From assembly GCA_019057375.1 (NCBI GenBank), contig DXJF01000040.1, forward strand, positions 1 through 51,359: a stretch of 51,359 nucleotides of DNA, given 5' to 3'. The notes beneath the pieces were generated by a model. That model ran no database searches. It had not been told where the DNA came from and worked only from the letters and a program-made list of their open reading frames with translations. Below, piece by piece: positions 1 to 10,111 of this stretch. Both the position numbers and the translations under genes were made by a program. Source of the stretch: Candidatus Heimdallarchaeota archaeon (GTDB lineage: Archaea; Asgardarchaeota; Heimdallarchaeia; Heimdallarchaeales; Heimdallarchaeaceae). The number at the start of each line of letters is the position of its first letter. The first letter of the stretch is position 1.

Positions 1-568
1 AAGACCTTCGCAAAAATATATAGCAGATGGTATAACTAATGGTGATACAATTCTAGTAGTACTTTTTGCATCTTCAGCTGCAGATTATATAGTAAAACTC
101 AAACCAGTAATCACTGGGTTAAAAACTCATATAGACACAGGCAAAATTCACTTTATTGATTCAATATCATACCGTTCTGTTCCTGAAAAAAAACCCAAAA
201 ATACTTTCTTCTTAGATCATGCAAGTGATCTTCTAACACTATCAGTTACAATTAATGATCTTGCTCAAAAAACAAAGAAGCTACGTATTGTTTTTGATCA
301 ATTAGCTATTCTTATGCTTTATAATTCTCCTATGCAAGTTTTGAATTTCTTACAAACATTAGCTGCTCGTATCAGGTTAAGAGATCAATCAGCATTGTTA
401 TTACTTGATTCTGGAGTTATTGATGAGCAAACAGAAAACACTCTTCATACAATTGTTGATATGGTTGTTGAAACTAAAAGAGAAGAAGAACCAGAGGGAT
501 TACAGCAATTAGTAAGAATCAAGTTTGCACAAGGTAATTTTGAACCTAGATGGGTTCAAGTTATATAG
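1..568 (+). CDS. RAD55/KaiC-like (RecA-fold) ATPase-domain protein, 5'-truncated by window edge
   Basis: Frame of ORF 314..568 is open back to base 2 (..GDTILVVLF..GKIHFIDSISY..KLRIVFDQLAILMLYN..TIVDMVVETK), typical of archaeal KaiC/RAD55-like proteins; Walker A lies outside the window or is absent. Confidence 0.6.
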   Translation, partial: RPSQKYIADGITNGDTILVVLFASSAADYIVKLKPVITGLKTHIDTGKIHFIDSISYRSVPEKKPKNTFFLDHASDLLTLSVTINDLAQKTKKLRIVFDQLAILMLYNSPMQVLNFLQTLAARIRLRDQSALLLLDSGVIDEQTENTLHTIVDMVVETKREEEPEGLQQLVRIKFAQGNFEPRWVQVI

Positions 569-577
569 ATTCAATTC

Positions 578-1378
578 TCATTTCTTTTTTGATAATTTTC
601 TTTTAGCTAATGATTTTATTATTTTTCCGAAGATTTTGCTGTTACTCAAAGTTACAATCAATCTATTTCTAAAACCTGGAACATAAACTGTTTTCTTTTT
701 TGATAATGCTTCTAGAGATTTTTGCGCAACTTCATAAGAACTCATCCAGAATTTCTTAGGGACAGATGATCTATCAAATTTCTCGAGTTCTATTGTATTA
801 TGAAAACTAGATTCAGTCATCCCTGGACAAAGGGCTTGAATTTTGATATTTGTATGTCTCAGCTCCTCTTGTAGTGCTTCAGACAAAGTTATCAAGAAAG
901 CTTTTGTTGTTGTATAAGTGACATTACCATATTTTACAATCAATCCACTTATAGAAGATACATTAATGATTGTCCCAATATTTTTCTCAACCATTTGAGG
1001 GAGAACAGCTTTACATAACTGAAAACTAGCAATATTATGAACAGTGATCATATCTATTTGTTTTGTCAAATCATTTTCTATAAAGCTACCTGGAATCCCA
1101 TATCCTGCATTGTTAACTAGAAAAGTTATATTTTTAGTTTCTCTCAATCTTTCATACACAGCATCAATCTCGCCAATTTTTGAAAGGTCTGCTTTTATCG
1201 TTAAAACAGTTATTTCATTCTTCTTTTGTAATTCTGCAGCTAATTCTTGAAGTTTATTTTCTCTTCTAGCTATAATAATCAAATTAAATCCCATGACTGC
1301 GAATCCTCTAGCAAAAGCTTCTCCAATTCCACTTGATGCTCCGGTTATAACAGCAAAAGGTTTTTCTTCTTCATTCAT
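578..1378 (-). CDS. Short-chain dehydrogenase/reductase (SDR)
   Basis: TGASSGIG Rossmann motif, NNAG, YxxxK (YTTTK). Confidence 0.92.
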   Translation of the reverse strand: MNEEEKPFAVITGASSGIGEAFARGFAVMGFNLIIIARRENKLQELAAELQKKNEITVLTIKADLSKIGEIDAVYERLRETKNITFLVNNAGYGIPGSFIENDLTKQIDMITVHNIASFQLCKAVLPQMVEKNIGTIINVSSISGLIVKYGNVTYTTTKAFLITLSEALQEELRHTNIKIQALCPGMTESSFHNTIELEKFDRSSVPKKFWMSSYEVAQKSLEALSKKKTVYVPGFRNRLIVTLSNSKIFGKIIKSLAKRKLSKKK

Positions 1379-1384
1379 CAGACT

Positions 1385-2401
1385 TCACTTCTTGAAACGG
1401 TAATAACCCAACACAATTACAGTTACACCGAAAAAACTTATACCAATTATGAAAGCTGTTAATACCCATCCTTTTTCTTCCACAGCTTCAGGATTCAGCA
1501 GAGAAAGAATATCATACTCAATCATATTAATGTAAGTATAAATATTGTTTATACCTAGAAGAGGAGTTAATTTGGCTAATTCAGCGTTTGTATCTCGTGC
1601 AATCTGAATTATCAGCTTCTCTTCAATCTGAGGTTGGGTGATAATAATAGAAACATTTTCAGTAATCATCGTTTCAACAATTTCCTCTAAGTGTTGAGCT
1701 GATGGTTCAGATCCTTCATGTTCTTCAATAACACCCATTCTTTCAACACCTAATATATTCAGAAGGTAGAGAAAAGATGGATGATGTACAACTACTTTCA
1801 AGCCAATAGTTCGATTGAAAGGAGTTTCTTGTATACTTACTAATAAATCATCAAGTTCTGCTAGATAGTCATCTCTATTTGATTCATACTCTGTTTGATG
1901 AGCTATATCAAGTAAAATAACTTCATCAGTAATGTTTTGAGTGAAAATTTTCGCTAAATTTGGATCCATCCACAGATGAGGATTTTTATTTCCAGTAATG
2001 GGATCTACTTCCATCATATCGTCAGTAGCTAAATATAAGACATTCAAACTAGAATATTCACTAGCTTCTAAATTAATCCATGATTCAATCCCAGGCAGTC
2101 CAAAAATAATGAAAAGATCAGATTCTAAGATCATTTTTATAGCGCTAGGTAACAATTCAAAAGTATGAGGATCTTCGCCCCCAGTAACTACAGCAGTTGG
2201 AACAAACAAATCCTTACCTATTTCAGCTGCCCAGTCTGCAATAACTGACAAACTTGCAACTACTTTGATTTCACCTGTAGGTTCTTCAGAAAAGGAGTAG
2301 TTTTCTCCTTGTTCAAAGTTTGCTGCAGATATAACAGAAGTTGAAACTAGGAACATAAGTAGCGAAGTGAAAGAGAGCACTCTTCTAAATTTTAAATTCA
2401 T
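1385..2401 (-). CDS. Zn/Mn ABC transporter substrate-binding protein (ZnuA/TroA family) with C-terminal TM anchor
   Basis: Signal peptide, EDPHTFE, NPHLWMDP, VHHPSF, EHEGSEPS motifs; C-terminal hydrophobic helix followed by RFKK. Confidence 0.9.
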   Translation of the reverse strand: MNLKFRRVLSFTSLLMFLVSTSVISAANFEQGENYSFSEEPTGEIKVVASLSVIADWAAEIGKDLFVPTAVVTGGEDPHTFELLPSAIKMILESDLFIIFGLPGIESWINLEASEYSSLNVLYLATDDMMEVDPITGNKNPHLWMDPNLAKIFTQNITDEVILLDIAHQTEYESNRDDYLAELDDLLVSIQETPFNRTIGLKVVVHHPSFLYLLNILGVERMGVIEEHEGSEPSAQHLEEIVETMITENVSIIITQPQIEEKLIIQIARDTNAELAKLTPLLGINNIYTYINMIEYDILSLLNPEAVEEKGWVLTAFIIGISFFGVTVIVLGYYRFKK

Positions 2402-2482
2402 TCAAGCTACATTGCCAAGAACTTATTTATTATTTGTCGTTAAACCACAATGAACAAATAGTTAGAAAGAATAAGTTATGTC

Positions 2483-3583
2483 ATGTCAGTTGTGAGTACA
2501 TTTATTGACTCCTTCAAAGAATCACTTCTTCTCAAAACAATTGCTACGATTGTAGTTCTAGGAGGGCTGATAACTGTAGTTATAGTATTTATTGACAATT
2601 TTCTTATTAGAGCATTAGGAACGGCGTTAATCATAGGAGTCCTAGGGGGAGTAATAGGCGTATTTGTGCTTCTAAAAGGAATGGTTTTCCTTGGGGAAGC
2701 AATAGCTCATTCAGCTTTTGCAGGAGCTGCATTAGGAATTCTTCTAGGAATTGATCCACTTATCACAATCTTTGCATTTGGTTTGATTGCTTCGATGGGT
2801 GTAGGTTATGTAAATGAAAAGAAGATAATGAAAAGTGAAGTGATAATTGGAATAGTATTTACAAGTTTTATGGCATTAGCAATTCTGTTTATTGGCCTCA
2901 TGCCCTTTTATTCAACAGACGTAAGGTCTATATTATTTGGAAATATTTTCCTTGTTTCCATAGAAAATCTGATTATCTTATTCTTTGTCGCAGTTTCAGT
3001 TCTGCTAATAATTTTGGGTATAAAGAAAGAACTATACTTCATGACGTTTAATCAAGAAATGGCAGCTATCATTGGTATTCCAGTAAGATTTCTTAATTAT
3101 CTATTTCTCGCTTTAATGGCTATCACAATTGATATTTCTCTAAAAGCTGTTGGAGCAATTTTAGTTTTTGCTATGATAATCACACCTGCTGCAGCTGCAT
3201 ATCAATGGACTTTCAAGCTAAAGAAAATGCTTGTTTTAGGAAGCTTTTTTGGTGTGCTATCTGGATTTCTAGGAGTAGCTATTTCCTATTTATGGGATTT
3301 GCCATCAGGTTCAACTATTGTTGGAGTGGCAACATTAATTTTCATAGTCTCTTTTGCTTTCTCACCAAAAAGAAGAAAATCAGGAACAGGACATGTTGTA
3401 GCTGACTGTGATTATTGCTCTAAAACAATTTTAGGAAAACAATACTGTTTAGAGGATAATTGTTTAGCCAAAGATATACCTCACAAACATGATGAAAAGG
3501 GATTGCTTATCTATAAAACCGATTTAGATAGGAAAAAGTCTCTAACAAGGCATGAACATGATATTGGAGGGGAAGAGAAATGA
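2483..3583 (+). CDS. Zn/Mn ABC transporter permease (ZnuB family) with Cys/His-rich C-terminal tail
   Basis: GEAIAHSAFAG, KELYFMTFNQEMAAIIG, AVGAILVFAMIITPAAAA motifs; divergent from the SBP gene; stop overlaps the ATPase start (ATGA). Confidence 0.9.
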   Translation: MSVVSTFIDSFKESLLLKTIATIVVLGGLITVVIVFIDNFLIRALGTALIIGVLGGVIGVFVLLKGMVFLGEAIAHSAFAGAALGILLGIDPLITIFAFGLIASMGVGYVNEKKIMKSEVIIGIVFTSFMALAILFIGLMPFYSTDVRSILFGNIFLVSIENLIILFFVAVSVLLIILGIKKELYFMTFNQEMAAIIGIPVRFLNYLFLALMAITIDISLKAVGAILVFAMIITPAAAAYQWTFKLKKMLVLGSFFGVLSGFLGVAISYLWDLPSGSTIVGVATLIFIVSFAFSPKRRKSGTGHVVADCDYCSKTILGKQYCLEDNCLAKDIPHKHDEKGLLIYKTDLDRKKSLTRHEHDIGGEEK

Positions 3584-4320
3584 GCTCTAAAGCTACACAA
3601 GATGTTGTTATTTGTTTAAAGGATGTCAATGTAGTATACGGTAATTTAGCTGCTTTATATGAAGTAAATGTTGACATTTACAAAGGTGATTTTCTAGGTA
3701 TTTGTGGACCTAATGGATCAGGAAAAACTACTCTGTTAAAAACAATTATGGGATTATTGAAACCTCTTACTGGTCAAGTAGCCTTGTTTGGTAACAAAGT
3801 TGAGGATAAAATCCCTAAAGAAACTAAATTTAAGTTTGGATATGTCCCTCAAATATCAGACATTGATCGTAATTTCCCAGCTTTAGTTAAAGATGTTGTT
3901 GAGATGGGGAGATATGCAAAAGCAGGTATTAGTAAGTCTTTAACAAAAGAAGACAAACAAAAAGCTCTTGATGCATTGAAACTTGTCGAGATGGATCACA
4001 TGCTAGAACGTCCTATTGGTCATTTAAGTGGAGGGCAACAACAACGAGTTTTAATTGCTCAAGCTCTAGCAGCTGAAGCTGAAGTATTGCTTTTAGATGA
4101 ATTTACAAGTGCTCTTGATTTCAAAATGACTGAGGAAGTTATGGAACTGTTAGATTACCTGAATCACACCCATGGAATAACGGTTGTCACTGTTGGTCAT
4201 AATCTTGGGTTGCTTAGAGCCTATTGTAGTAGGATTATATGCATAGACAAAATTATTGCTTATGATGGAACTCCAAAAGATCCTGAATTAGATGTTGTAA
4301 TCAATCAAATCTTTCACTAA
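3580..4320 (+). CDS. Zn/Mn ABC transporter ATP-binding protein (ZnuC family)
   Basis: Walker A GPNGSGKT, GYVPQ, LSGGQQQR, LLLDE. Confidence 0.93.
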   Translation: MSSKATQDVVICLKDVNVVYGNLAALYEVNVDIYKGDFLGICGPNGSGKTTLLKTIMGLLKPLTGQVALFGNKVEDKIPKETKFKFGYVPQISDIDRNFPALVKDVVEMGRYAKAGISKSLTKEDKQKALDALKLVEMDHMLERPIGHLSGGQQQRVLIAQALAAEAEVLLLDEFTSALDFKMTEEVMELLDYLNHTHGITVVTVGHNLGLLRAYCSRIICIDKIIAYDGTPKDPELDVVINQIFH

Positions 4321-4386
4321 TGTAAAATATAAAAAGCAGAGAAAATAGATGATAACCTTCAACTGTATTTTGGATAGTTGTTTCCA

Positions 4387-4674
4387 TTATACTTTGCGTT
4401 TCATTAATATATCTATGGTAGAAACTGTTTTTGGTTGTCCATCACTATCTAATACTTCTGAACCGATAGTTACATCTGCAATTTCGACTATTTCTGGTAA
4501 AAATCTATGTTTTGTGATTTCTGCCACATCGACTGCCTTGGAAATTGATCTACCTCTAGCACGTATTGTGCATTCCTCTTCACCTTTATTGAAGATTGTA
4601 ACAACTACTAGACAGTAATTCATAGTACCTTTCTTACCTATGTAGATTGCGTTCTTTATTTCGTCTTTTGACAT
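4387..4674 (-). CDS. albA: DNA/RNA-binding chromatin protein Alba
   Basis: IYIGKKGTMNY, IRARGRSISKAVDVAE, VSTIDI Alba signature; 95 aa. Confidence 0.93.
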   Translation of the reverse strand: MSKDEIKNAIYIGKKGTMNYCLVVVTIFNKGEEECTIRARGRSISKAVDVAEITKHRFLPEIVEIADVTIGSEVLDSDGQPKTVSTIDILMKRKV

Positions 4675-4764
4675 GAATTATCACCGCTTGCAAATAGTGG
4701 CTAGTAAATAATAAGTATGTACTTTTTTAAATCTTTTTTCAACAAGGATAGATTTTAAGGAGAA

Positions 4765-5784
4765 TCACTTCTTGAAATCTGGTAATCGTTCATATTTGCG
4801 CTTTACGAAGGAATCTTCGAATTTTTCATGGAAGTATGATTCATCATATTCAATTTTATATTCGCGTTCCTTTGGAACTATAAGATTAATAGCGTCATCA
4901 ACCCTCTCGAGTTCAACTTTCAAACTCTCTTCATTATAGATTTCCCCTTCAGCTTCACAACAAAGAGGTTCCTCATGAGATTCAATTGTAATCTTTCTTC
5001 CTCTAGAAAACCATACACCTTCTAAACCTAAATGGTTTCCAGGAATTGCTTTTACAAGCATGGTTATTCTACTGAATCCCTTCTTTCCATGGACAATTCC
5101 TATTCCCAAATCCTTGTTTTTATCACAAAAAACGTGGTTACCTGGCATTACATGAAAGCCAGTAATATCATCTCCTAAAGCTACAAAGAAGTTTGATAGT
5201 TCATCAATCTTAATCGGCTCTTGATCATCTATCGAAACTGAGCAAGGAGTGTTTTTAGTTTTAATTACGTACTTCAGAGCAAGATAATTATATTTAATCG
5301 CCCCGATTTTCATCCATTTCATTTCATGATGAGCAGCAGCTGCAGCTTCTCCTGAAAATCCTCCATCAGTCATATCAAATGAGTATGTTTCTTTATCTCC
5401 TTTACATTTAATTGCAGCGAATTTCTCACTGTGCCCTTCGGCTATGATGGCTAAACTTTCCTCCAAGCTGTAGGGGATGGAATGAGTTTTGTGCCAATCG
5501 CACATAGATCCAGCAGATATTAAACCTAATGTCACATCTGGGTGATTGACAATTACATCACCCATATTGGTAGCAGTTCCATCACCACCAAAAGCGATTA
5601 AAGTCTTATATCCATCAATTATTGCTTTTTGTGCTAATTCCATCTCATGCCTTGGCCCCTCTGTGACAGCGTGGTCAAAATTACCAATATGCTCTTTAGT
5701 CATTTTAAGTGCTTTTTCTAATTTTTTACCTAATTTACCAGTATTCGCGTTTGGATTAATTACAACAAAGGGGTCTTTAGTCAT
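4765..5784 (-). CDS. Diacylglycerol/lipid kinase family protein (YegS/DagK-like)
   Basis: VVINPNA, GGDGT, LGLISAGSMCD and EAEGE (xDGE-like) motifs. Confidence 0.88.
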   Translation of the reverse strand: MTKDPFVVINPNANTGKLGKKLEKALKMTKEHIGNFDHAVTEGPRHEMELAQKAIIDGYKTLIAFGGDGTATNMGDVIVNHPDVTLGLISAGSMCDWHKTHSIPYSLEESLAIIAEGHSEKFAAIKCKGDKETYSFDMTDGGFSGEAAAAAHHEMKWMKIGAIKYNYLALKYVIKTKNTPCSVSIDDQEPIKIDELSNFFVALGDDITGFHVMPGNHVFCDKNKDLGIGIVHGKKGFSRITMLVKAIPGNHLGLEGVWFSRGRKITIESHEEPLCCEAEGEIYNEESLKVELERVDDAINLIVPKEREYKIEYDESYFHEKFEDSFVKRKYERLPDFKK

Positions 5785-5919
5785 ATATTTCAGAGGACGT
5801 TGACTTCTATATAAAATTAATGCAATAAATTATCTCTTAAGGTCTTGAAATATGGAAGATTCAGCCCTTTTAATGGATACATTTTAAAGGGGGATTTCAC
5901 TAAATGTTAGTTGATAACT

Positions 5920-6249
5920 ATGATTTGTCCTCAATGTGGAACTGAAAACGCAGATCACGCTAGTTTCTGCGGAAAATGTGGTAGAGAATTAGAAGGTGCT
6001 CCTGCACAACCTGAACAGCAAGCTGTTCCTGCACAACCTATTCAACGTACACGTCCTGATAAACTTGTTAGATGTTCAGATGATAAGCAAGTTGGTGGTG
6101 TAAGTTCTGGTTTAGCGAAATATTTCGGCTTAGATGTTGGCTTAGTTAGATTACTAATGATATTAGGTCTTATATTTGGAACTGCTACTTTCTGGATATA
6201 TATTATCCTATGGGCTGTTTTACCAGAACAACAATGTGGATCTCAGTAA
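5920..6249 (+). CDS. Zinc-ribbon + PspC-domain membrane protein
   Basis: CPQCG..FCGKCG ribbon, P/Q linker, then VGGVSSGLAKYFGLDVGLVRLL..YIILWAVLPE PspC signature; ATG 5920 preferred over TTG 5911. Confidence 0.85.
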   Translation: MICPQCGTENADHASFCGKCGRELEGAPAQPEQQAVPAQPIQRTRPDKLVRCSDDKQVGGVSSGLAKYFGLDVGLVRLLMILGLIFGTATFWIYIILWAVLPEQQCGSQ

Positions 6250-6252
6250 TCC

Positions 6253-7044
6253 CTATTTTTCATTCTTTTTTTCTTGAAAAAAATCTTCTAGTTGAGCACT
6301 TTTTGATCTTTTAATAGTTGGAAACACCTGATCCCAAGGGATTTGTTTAGATTCTAAGTTATTTTCTTTTAGATATTTCAAGACCTTATCTGGAAAATTA
6401 GGTGCCACAAGTATTCCTCTTACAGCCTTTTTCTCCTTTTCAACAAAATACTCTATGTATCTTTTAAGTTGATGAGCATCTGCTGGAGAAGCATTTCTTT
6501 TCTTTACTTCTACAATTATCTCACCATCTTTTCCCATACCTCTAATATCGACAGGACCAACATCTGTGTTGTATTCAGTTCTGATAACTTGAAATCCTGG
6601 TTCAATTAGGTCTGGATTAGTGACCAAATATTTCACTAAATCACTTTCATCTCCATAAATTGTCATTTCTATTTCATCTTGAGCATGCCATAAGGCAACG
6701 AAAGCAATATGGGAAAAATCTATCACAAGAACTTCTTTTGTTTTTACTCGTTCAGTTAACATTTCTAAATATGTTTCTTTTTGAGAAAATCTAATAGGAC
6801 CTGCTTGTGGTTTTTGCCAATTCAGAGGTTTCACTCCAGTTGGTCCATGCATGATTATAGACAAATCTCTCTTGATCACCAATAATCTGTCCCCATCACC
6901 TAAATATGATTTAATTCTTCCATCAAATGTTGCAGAACATCTTCCAGAAAGAATAATCATCTTTTCTCCTATGGCAGAATTTAACCTCTTAACAAGATCA
7001 GGTAATGAATCTACAGATATTTGTTCAAAATTTGAGTGAAACAT
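6253..7044 (-). CDS. nucS: Mismatch endonuclease NucS/EndoMS
   Basis: CSATFDGRIKSYLGDGDRLLVIKRDLSIIMH, KPLNWQ, GPVDIRG..VEVKK..AHQLKRY PD-(D/E)xK motifs. Confidence 0.92.
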   Translation of the reverse strand: MFHSNFEQISVDSLPDLVKRLNSAIGEKMIILSGRCSATFDGRIKSYLGDGDRLLVIKRDLSIIMHGPTGVKPLNWQKPQAGPIRFSQKETYLEMLTERVKTKEVLVIDFSHIAFVALWHAQDEIEMTIYGDESDLVKYLVTNPDLIEPGFQVIRTEYNTDVGPVDIRGMGKDGEIIVEVKKRNASPADAHQLKRYIEYFVEKEKKAVRGILVAPNFPDKVLKYLKENNLESKQIPWDQVFPTIKRSKSAQLEDFFQEKKNEK

Positions 7045-7168
7045 GTAGAGCCCTCAGAATCTGATTTTATGATTTACTATTTAAGAAGGGATTGTTTTGG
7101 GCTATTTCAATTTTTCCAAAAAGCAACGTAAGGTTTTTTATAATATTGTTTATTGAAAAGATTGAGAT

Positions 7169-7987
7169 ATGATGGCAGACCCGATTATTATTTATCAGAC
7201 TATGCTATACATTCAGATGTCTATTGTTATTGTATGTTTACTCTTTGGATCAATTATGGATTTAATTAAACGTGAAGTCTCGGATATTCCTTGGTTGGTT
7301 ATGACTGTTACAGGAGTTATAACATCTATAGTTCTCATTATTTTTGCAGAGGATAAAGGCAAAGTTGGAACTATGTTTGGTATTAATGTTGGTGTAGGAA
7401 TTGTTATGGGATTATTGCTCTACTATACCGGAGTAATGGGAGGTGCAGATGCTAAAGCTGTAATAGCTCTATCATTCAATACTCCAGTCTATTTCTTTAA
7501 TTTCGCAATCTTACAAATCCCAATATACAATTGGGTTCCATCAATTTTCAATACTTTCTTCAATTGGTTACTTGCAATGGTAGTTTTTTATCCACTACCA
7601 CTTCTATTCTACAACATTTATCGTAAGGTGAGAGGTAATAATCTATTTGAAAAAACTGAAGGTAATTTTGCATCAAAGATTCTAATGCTAATTTCAGGTT
7701 ATCTCACTCCTGTTGGAAAAGCTAAGAATAGACAAAATATTGTTTACTCAGAAGTGTTCGATGAAAGCAAGGACAAATGGGAGATTAAACACTTCATACA
7801 AGTTGTAGAAATTGAAGAAGAAGAGAAATTCAAGAAGGAAGTAGAAGATGACATAGAAAAAACAGGAAGAGAGAAAATTTGGGTAAAAGTTCTCCCTCCA
7901 GGGATTGTATTTTTACTAATTGGGTATATTATCAATATTCTTATAGGAAATATCTTCTTTCTTATATTCCATTACACTTTAGGATGA
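7169..7987 (+). CDS. A24-family prepilin/prearchaellin peptidase (PibD/FlaK-like)
   Basis: Multi-TM; first Asp in DLIKREVSD and catalytic GGAD motif; C-terminal KIWVKVLPPGIVFLLIGY. Confidence 0.85.
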   Translation: MMADPIIIYQTMLYIQMSIVIVCLLFGSIMDLIKREVSDIPWLVMTVTGVITSIVLIIFAEDKGKVGTMFGINVGVGIVMGLLLYYTGVMGGADAKAVIALSFNTPVYFFNFAILQIPIYNWVPSIFNTFFNWLLAMVVFYPLPLLFYNIYRKVRGNNLFEKTEGNFASKILMLISGYLTPVGKAKNRQNIVYSEVFDESKDKWEIKHFIQVVEIEEEEKFKKEVEDDIEKTGREKIWVKVLPPGIVFLLIGYIINILIGNIFFLIFHYTLG

Positions 7988-8043
7988 AATCTAGCTCTTC
8001 AAAAGAATATAAATAGACTTCTTTCCTTTTTATCTTGATACAA

Positions 8044-8724
8044 ATGGAACAATTAGAAATAGCAGAGAAGGTTCTCAATTTGATTAAGAGTGGAAATCAA
8101 GCAGATGTTTTACTCTTTTTTACAGAAATTTACGATAATGAAAGAGATGTACTTACAGCACTTCTTAATGTCCAAAACCAATTCAGAAAACTAGGAGGAG
8201 ACTGGCCTCCAGTAGGGAAGCAAATCGAAACAATGGATGAAATTATTCAGTTTTCACAAATTGCTATTGGTTATGCTTTAGAAAACGGAGATAAACTAAC
8301 TGCTGGAAAGCTAAATCACAATGTTGCTTCTTGCTGTTTCCCAAATATGGATGATGGTGTAGATTCGAAATTCATTGAACCAGGTTATCAGGCTGCATTA
8401 GCTGATTATAAACTTAGACAAGACATTGGTGAAAAAGTTCCTTTACTCTGGGCTAAGTGGCTTTTAGGAGTGAGTGAATACATTAAGGGAGATATTGATA
8501 CCTCAATAACTACATTAGAAGATACTTCTAAAATAGCTTTAGAAGAACCAAAAGATAAGGGATTAGCGGCTTGGGCAGATATGATGAAAATTAAGTTTCA
8601 GCTTAAATCTGGTAACATTTCGAAAGAAAAAATTACTAGAAAAATCAAAAAAATTGAATCAGTTTTAACTAAACTTAATGACAAATACGGTTTGGTTACT
8701 CTTAAAAAAATAAAAGAAATATAA
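8044..8724 (+). CDS. Hypothetical alpha-helical (TPR-like) protein
   Basis: Long ORF with amphipathic helical repeats; no catalytic motif recognised. Confidence 0.6.
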   Translation: MEQLEIAEKVLNLIKSGNQADVLLFFTEIYDNERDVLTALLNVQNQFRKLGGDWPPVGKQIETMDEIIQFSQIAIGYALENGDKLTAGKLNHNVASCCFPNMDDGVDSKFIEPGYQAALADYKLRQDIGEKVPLLWAKWLLGVSEYIKGDIDTSITTLEDTSKIALEEPKDKGLAAWADMMKIKFQLKSGNISKEKITRKIKKIESVLTKLNDKYGLVTLKKIKEI

Positions 8725-8735
8725 GAAAGAAGAGA

Positions 8736-9527
8736 CTAAGAACTAGTTTCTACTTGTAGTTCGAGTTCTTTAACTATTTTTTCTTTGACATCTCCAATAA
8801 CATAATCTAAAACTTCGTTATAGTCTACTTCAATTCTAAACAATCTTTTGAAAAAAGGTAGTAGTGATTTAAGGTCTTTCTTTAGAATCCTATATGCTCT
8901 TGTTAATGGAATAAGAGGAGAACCGTATCCAACTGAATCTTTTAAGGCAAAGTTCTTTGATTGGAGAAAATCAATCACAAAAACCTGATCATTATACCAT
9001 AGAAGATTGTGTTCACTGAAATCTCCATGAACATATCTTGCTTGAAACATATTGTAAAGTATGTCTACACATTGTTCTAGTATTTCAGATGGATCCTCAA
9101 AGAAGTTTTTACTTAAATCTCTTAAAAGGGGAGCAGGACCATGTTCATCTCCTATGAGCTTCATTGAATAGCTAAAACCTGCATATTTAAATGGTTGAGG
9201 AACAGGAAGTTTAGCTTTGAAAAGATCTAAATTTTTATAATATTCGAGTTTAGCAAATTGTGCAATCACTTCATATGGGGAAGTACGATGAGTACTATGT
9301 ATGACCCCTCTATGTGTGGTTCTATAGAGTTTGTAACTCTTTACAGCAATGTTACGCTCATATTTGTCTATACCCCAACAAACGAATGCTTCTTTTCCTT
9401 GACCGATAACCTGTTTCGCTTCTACCAAAAGTCCATTTTCGATAGCCTCAGCTAAGGCTTCTGTTGTAGATAACTCTGTTATTTCATTTGAAGTATCTCT
9501 TTTTTCTAAATATTCTCTGTTTATCAC
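8736..9527 (-). CDS. RIO-family atypical Ser/Thr kinase
   Basis: IGQGKEAFV, IAVKSY, LPVPQP, VHGDFSEHNLL, VIDFLQ motifs; GTG 9527 preferred over TTG 9575. Confidence 0.88.
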   Translation of the reverse strand: MINREYLEKRDTSNEITELSTTEALAEAIENGLLVEAKQVIGQGKEAFVCWGIDKYERNIAVKSYKLYRTTHRGVIHSTHRTSPYEVIAQFAKLEYYKNLDLFKAKLPVPQPFKYAGFSYSMKLIGDEHGPAPLLRDLSKNFFEDPSEILEQCVDILYNMFQARYVHGDFSEHNLLWYNDQVFVIDFLQSKNFALKDSVGYGSPLIPLTRAYRILKKDLKSLLPFFKRLFRIEVDYNEVLDYVIGDVKEKIVKELELQVETSS

Positions 9528-9618
9528 TTTTGATACACTTCCATAAAGAAAAGGGTCAAGACAAAACAATAACAAGTGAATGCAATAAAGTAAAAATAGT
9601 AAAAGCGATGAGAGAATT

Positions 9619-9699
9619 CTACAATAACAGCTTAGGTGTCATAGGGACTGTTTCTTTGCAAACAAATGTGATTTTTTGTAAAGTTAAACTTGCGATCAT
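9619..9699 (-). CDS. Putative 26-aa leader peptide upstream of RIO kinase (MIASLTLQKITFVCKETVPMTPKLLL)
   Basis: Strong GGAGGTG SD at 9711-9717, 11 nt before the ATG; not in the ORF track. Confidence 0.45.
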   Translation of the reverse strand: MIASLTLQKITFVCKETVPMTPKLLL

Positions 9700-9785
9700 T
9701 TTGTTTATGACACCTCCATTCTTACTATATTAAGTTGAAAAAATAGAATTAATAAATATATCGCACTTCGTGATATCTTCAAAAA

Positions 9786-9992
9786 CTAGTCATCATCTAT
9801 GATAATTCTCTGCATATATATCTCACAGTCTTTACAAACCAGAAAATCATAAGTTTCTTTCTCCTTATAATAAATTGTGAAAAACATCGGTTTATTACAT
9901 TTACCGCATTTTATTTCAGATTCTTCTTCCGAAACGAAAATCAGCTCTTTCACATCTACTTTGGGAGTTATATAGCGACTCATCTTACTCAA
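9786..9992 (-). CDS. Small zinc-finger protein
   Basis: CGKC ... CKDC pair in 68 aa. Confidence 0.65.
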   Translation of the reverse strand: MSKMSRYITPKVDVKELIFVSEEESEIKCGKCNKPMFFTIYYKEKETYDFLVCKDCEIYMQRIIIDDD

Positions 9993-10111
9993 CTATGAAA
10001 CATTTTCTTTAGATATTGTATATTATATCAACTAACTATTTATTTATTGTCTAATTTTCTTCGCTTTCAAACAAATAATATAAATATGGGTTCAGATTCA
10101 GAAGAAACGAA

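Noticed and set aside
7172-7182. 11-bp match (ATGGCAGACCC) to the tRNA-Gln(CUG) 3' end as an att site
   Set aside because: Short, lies in the start codons of a housekeeping peptidase, no integrase, and the intervening genes look core
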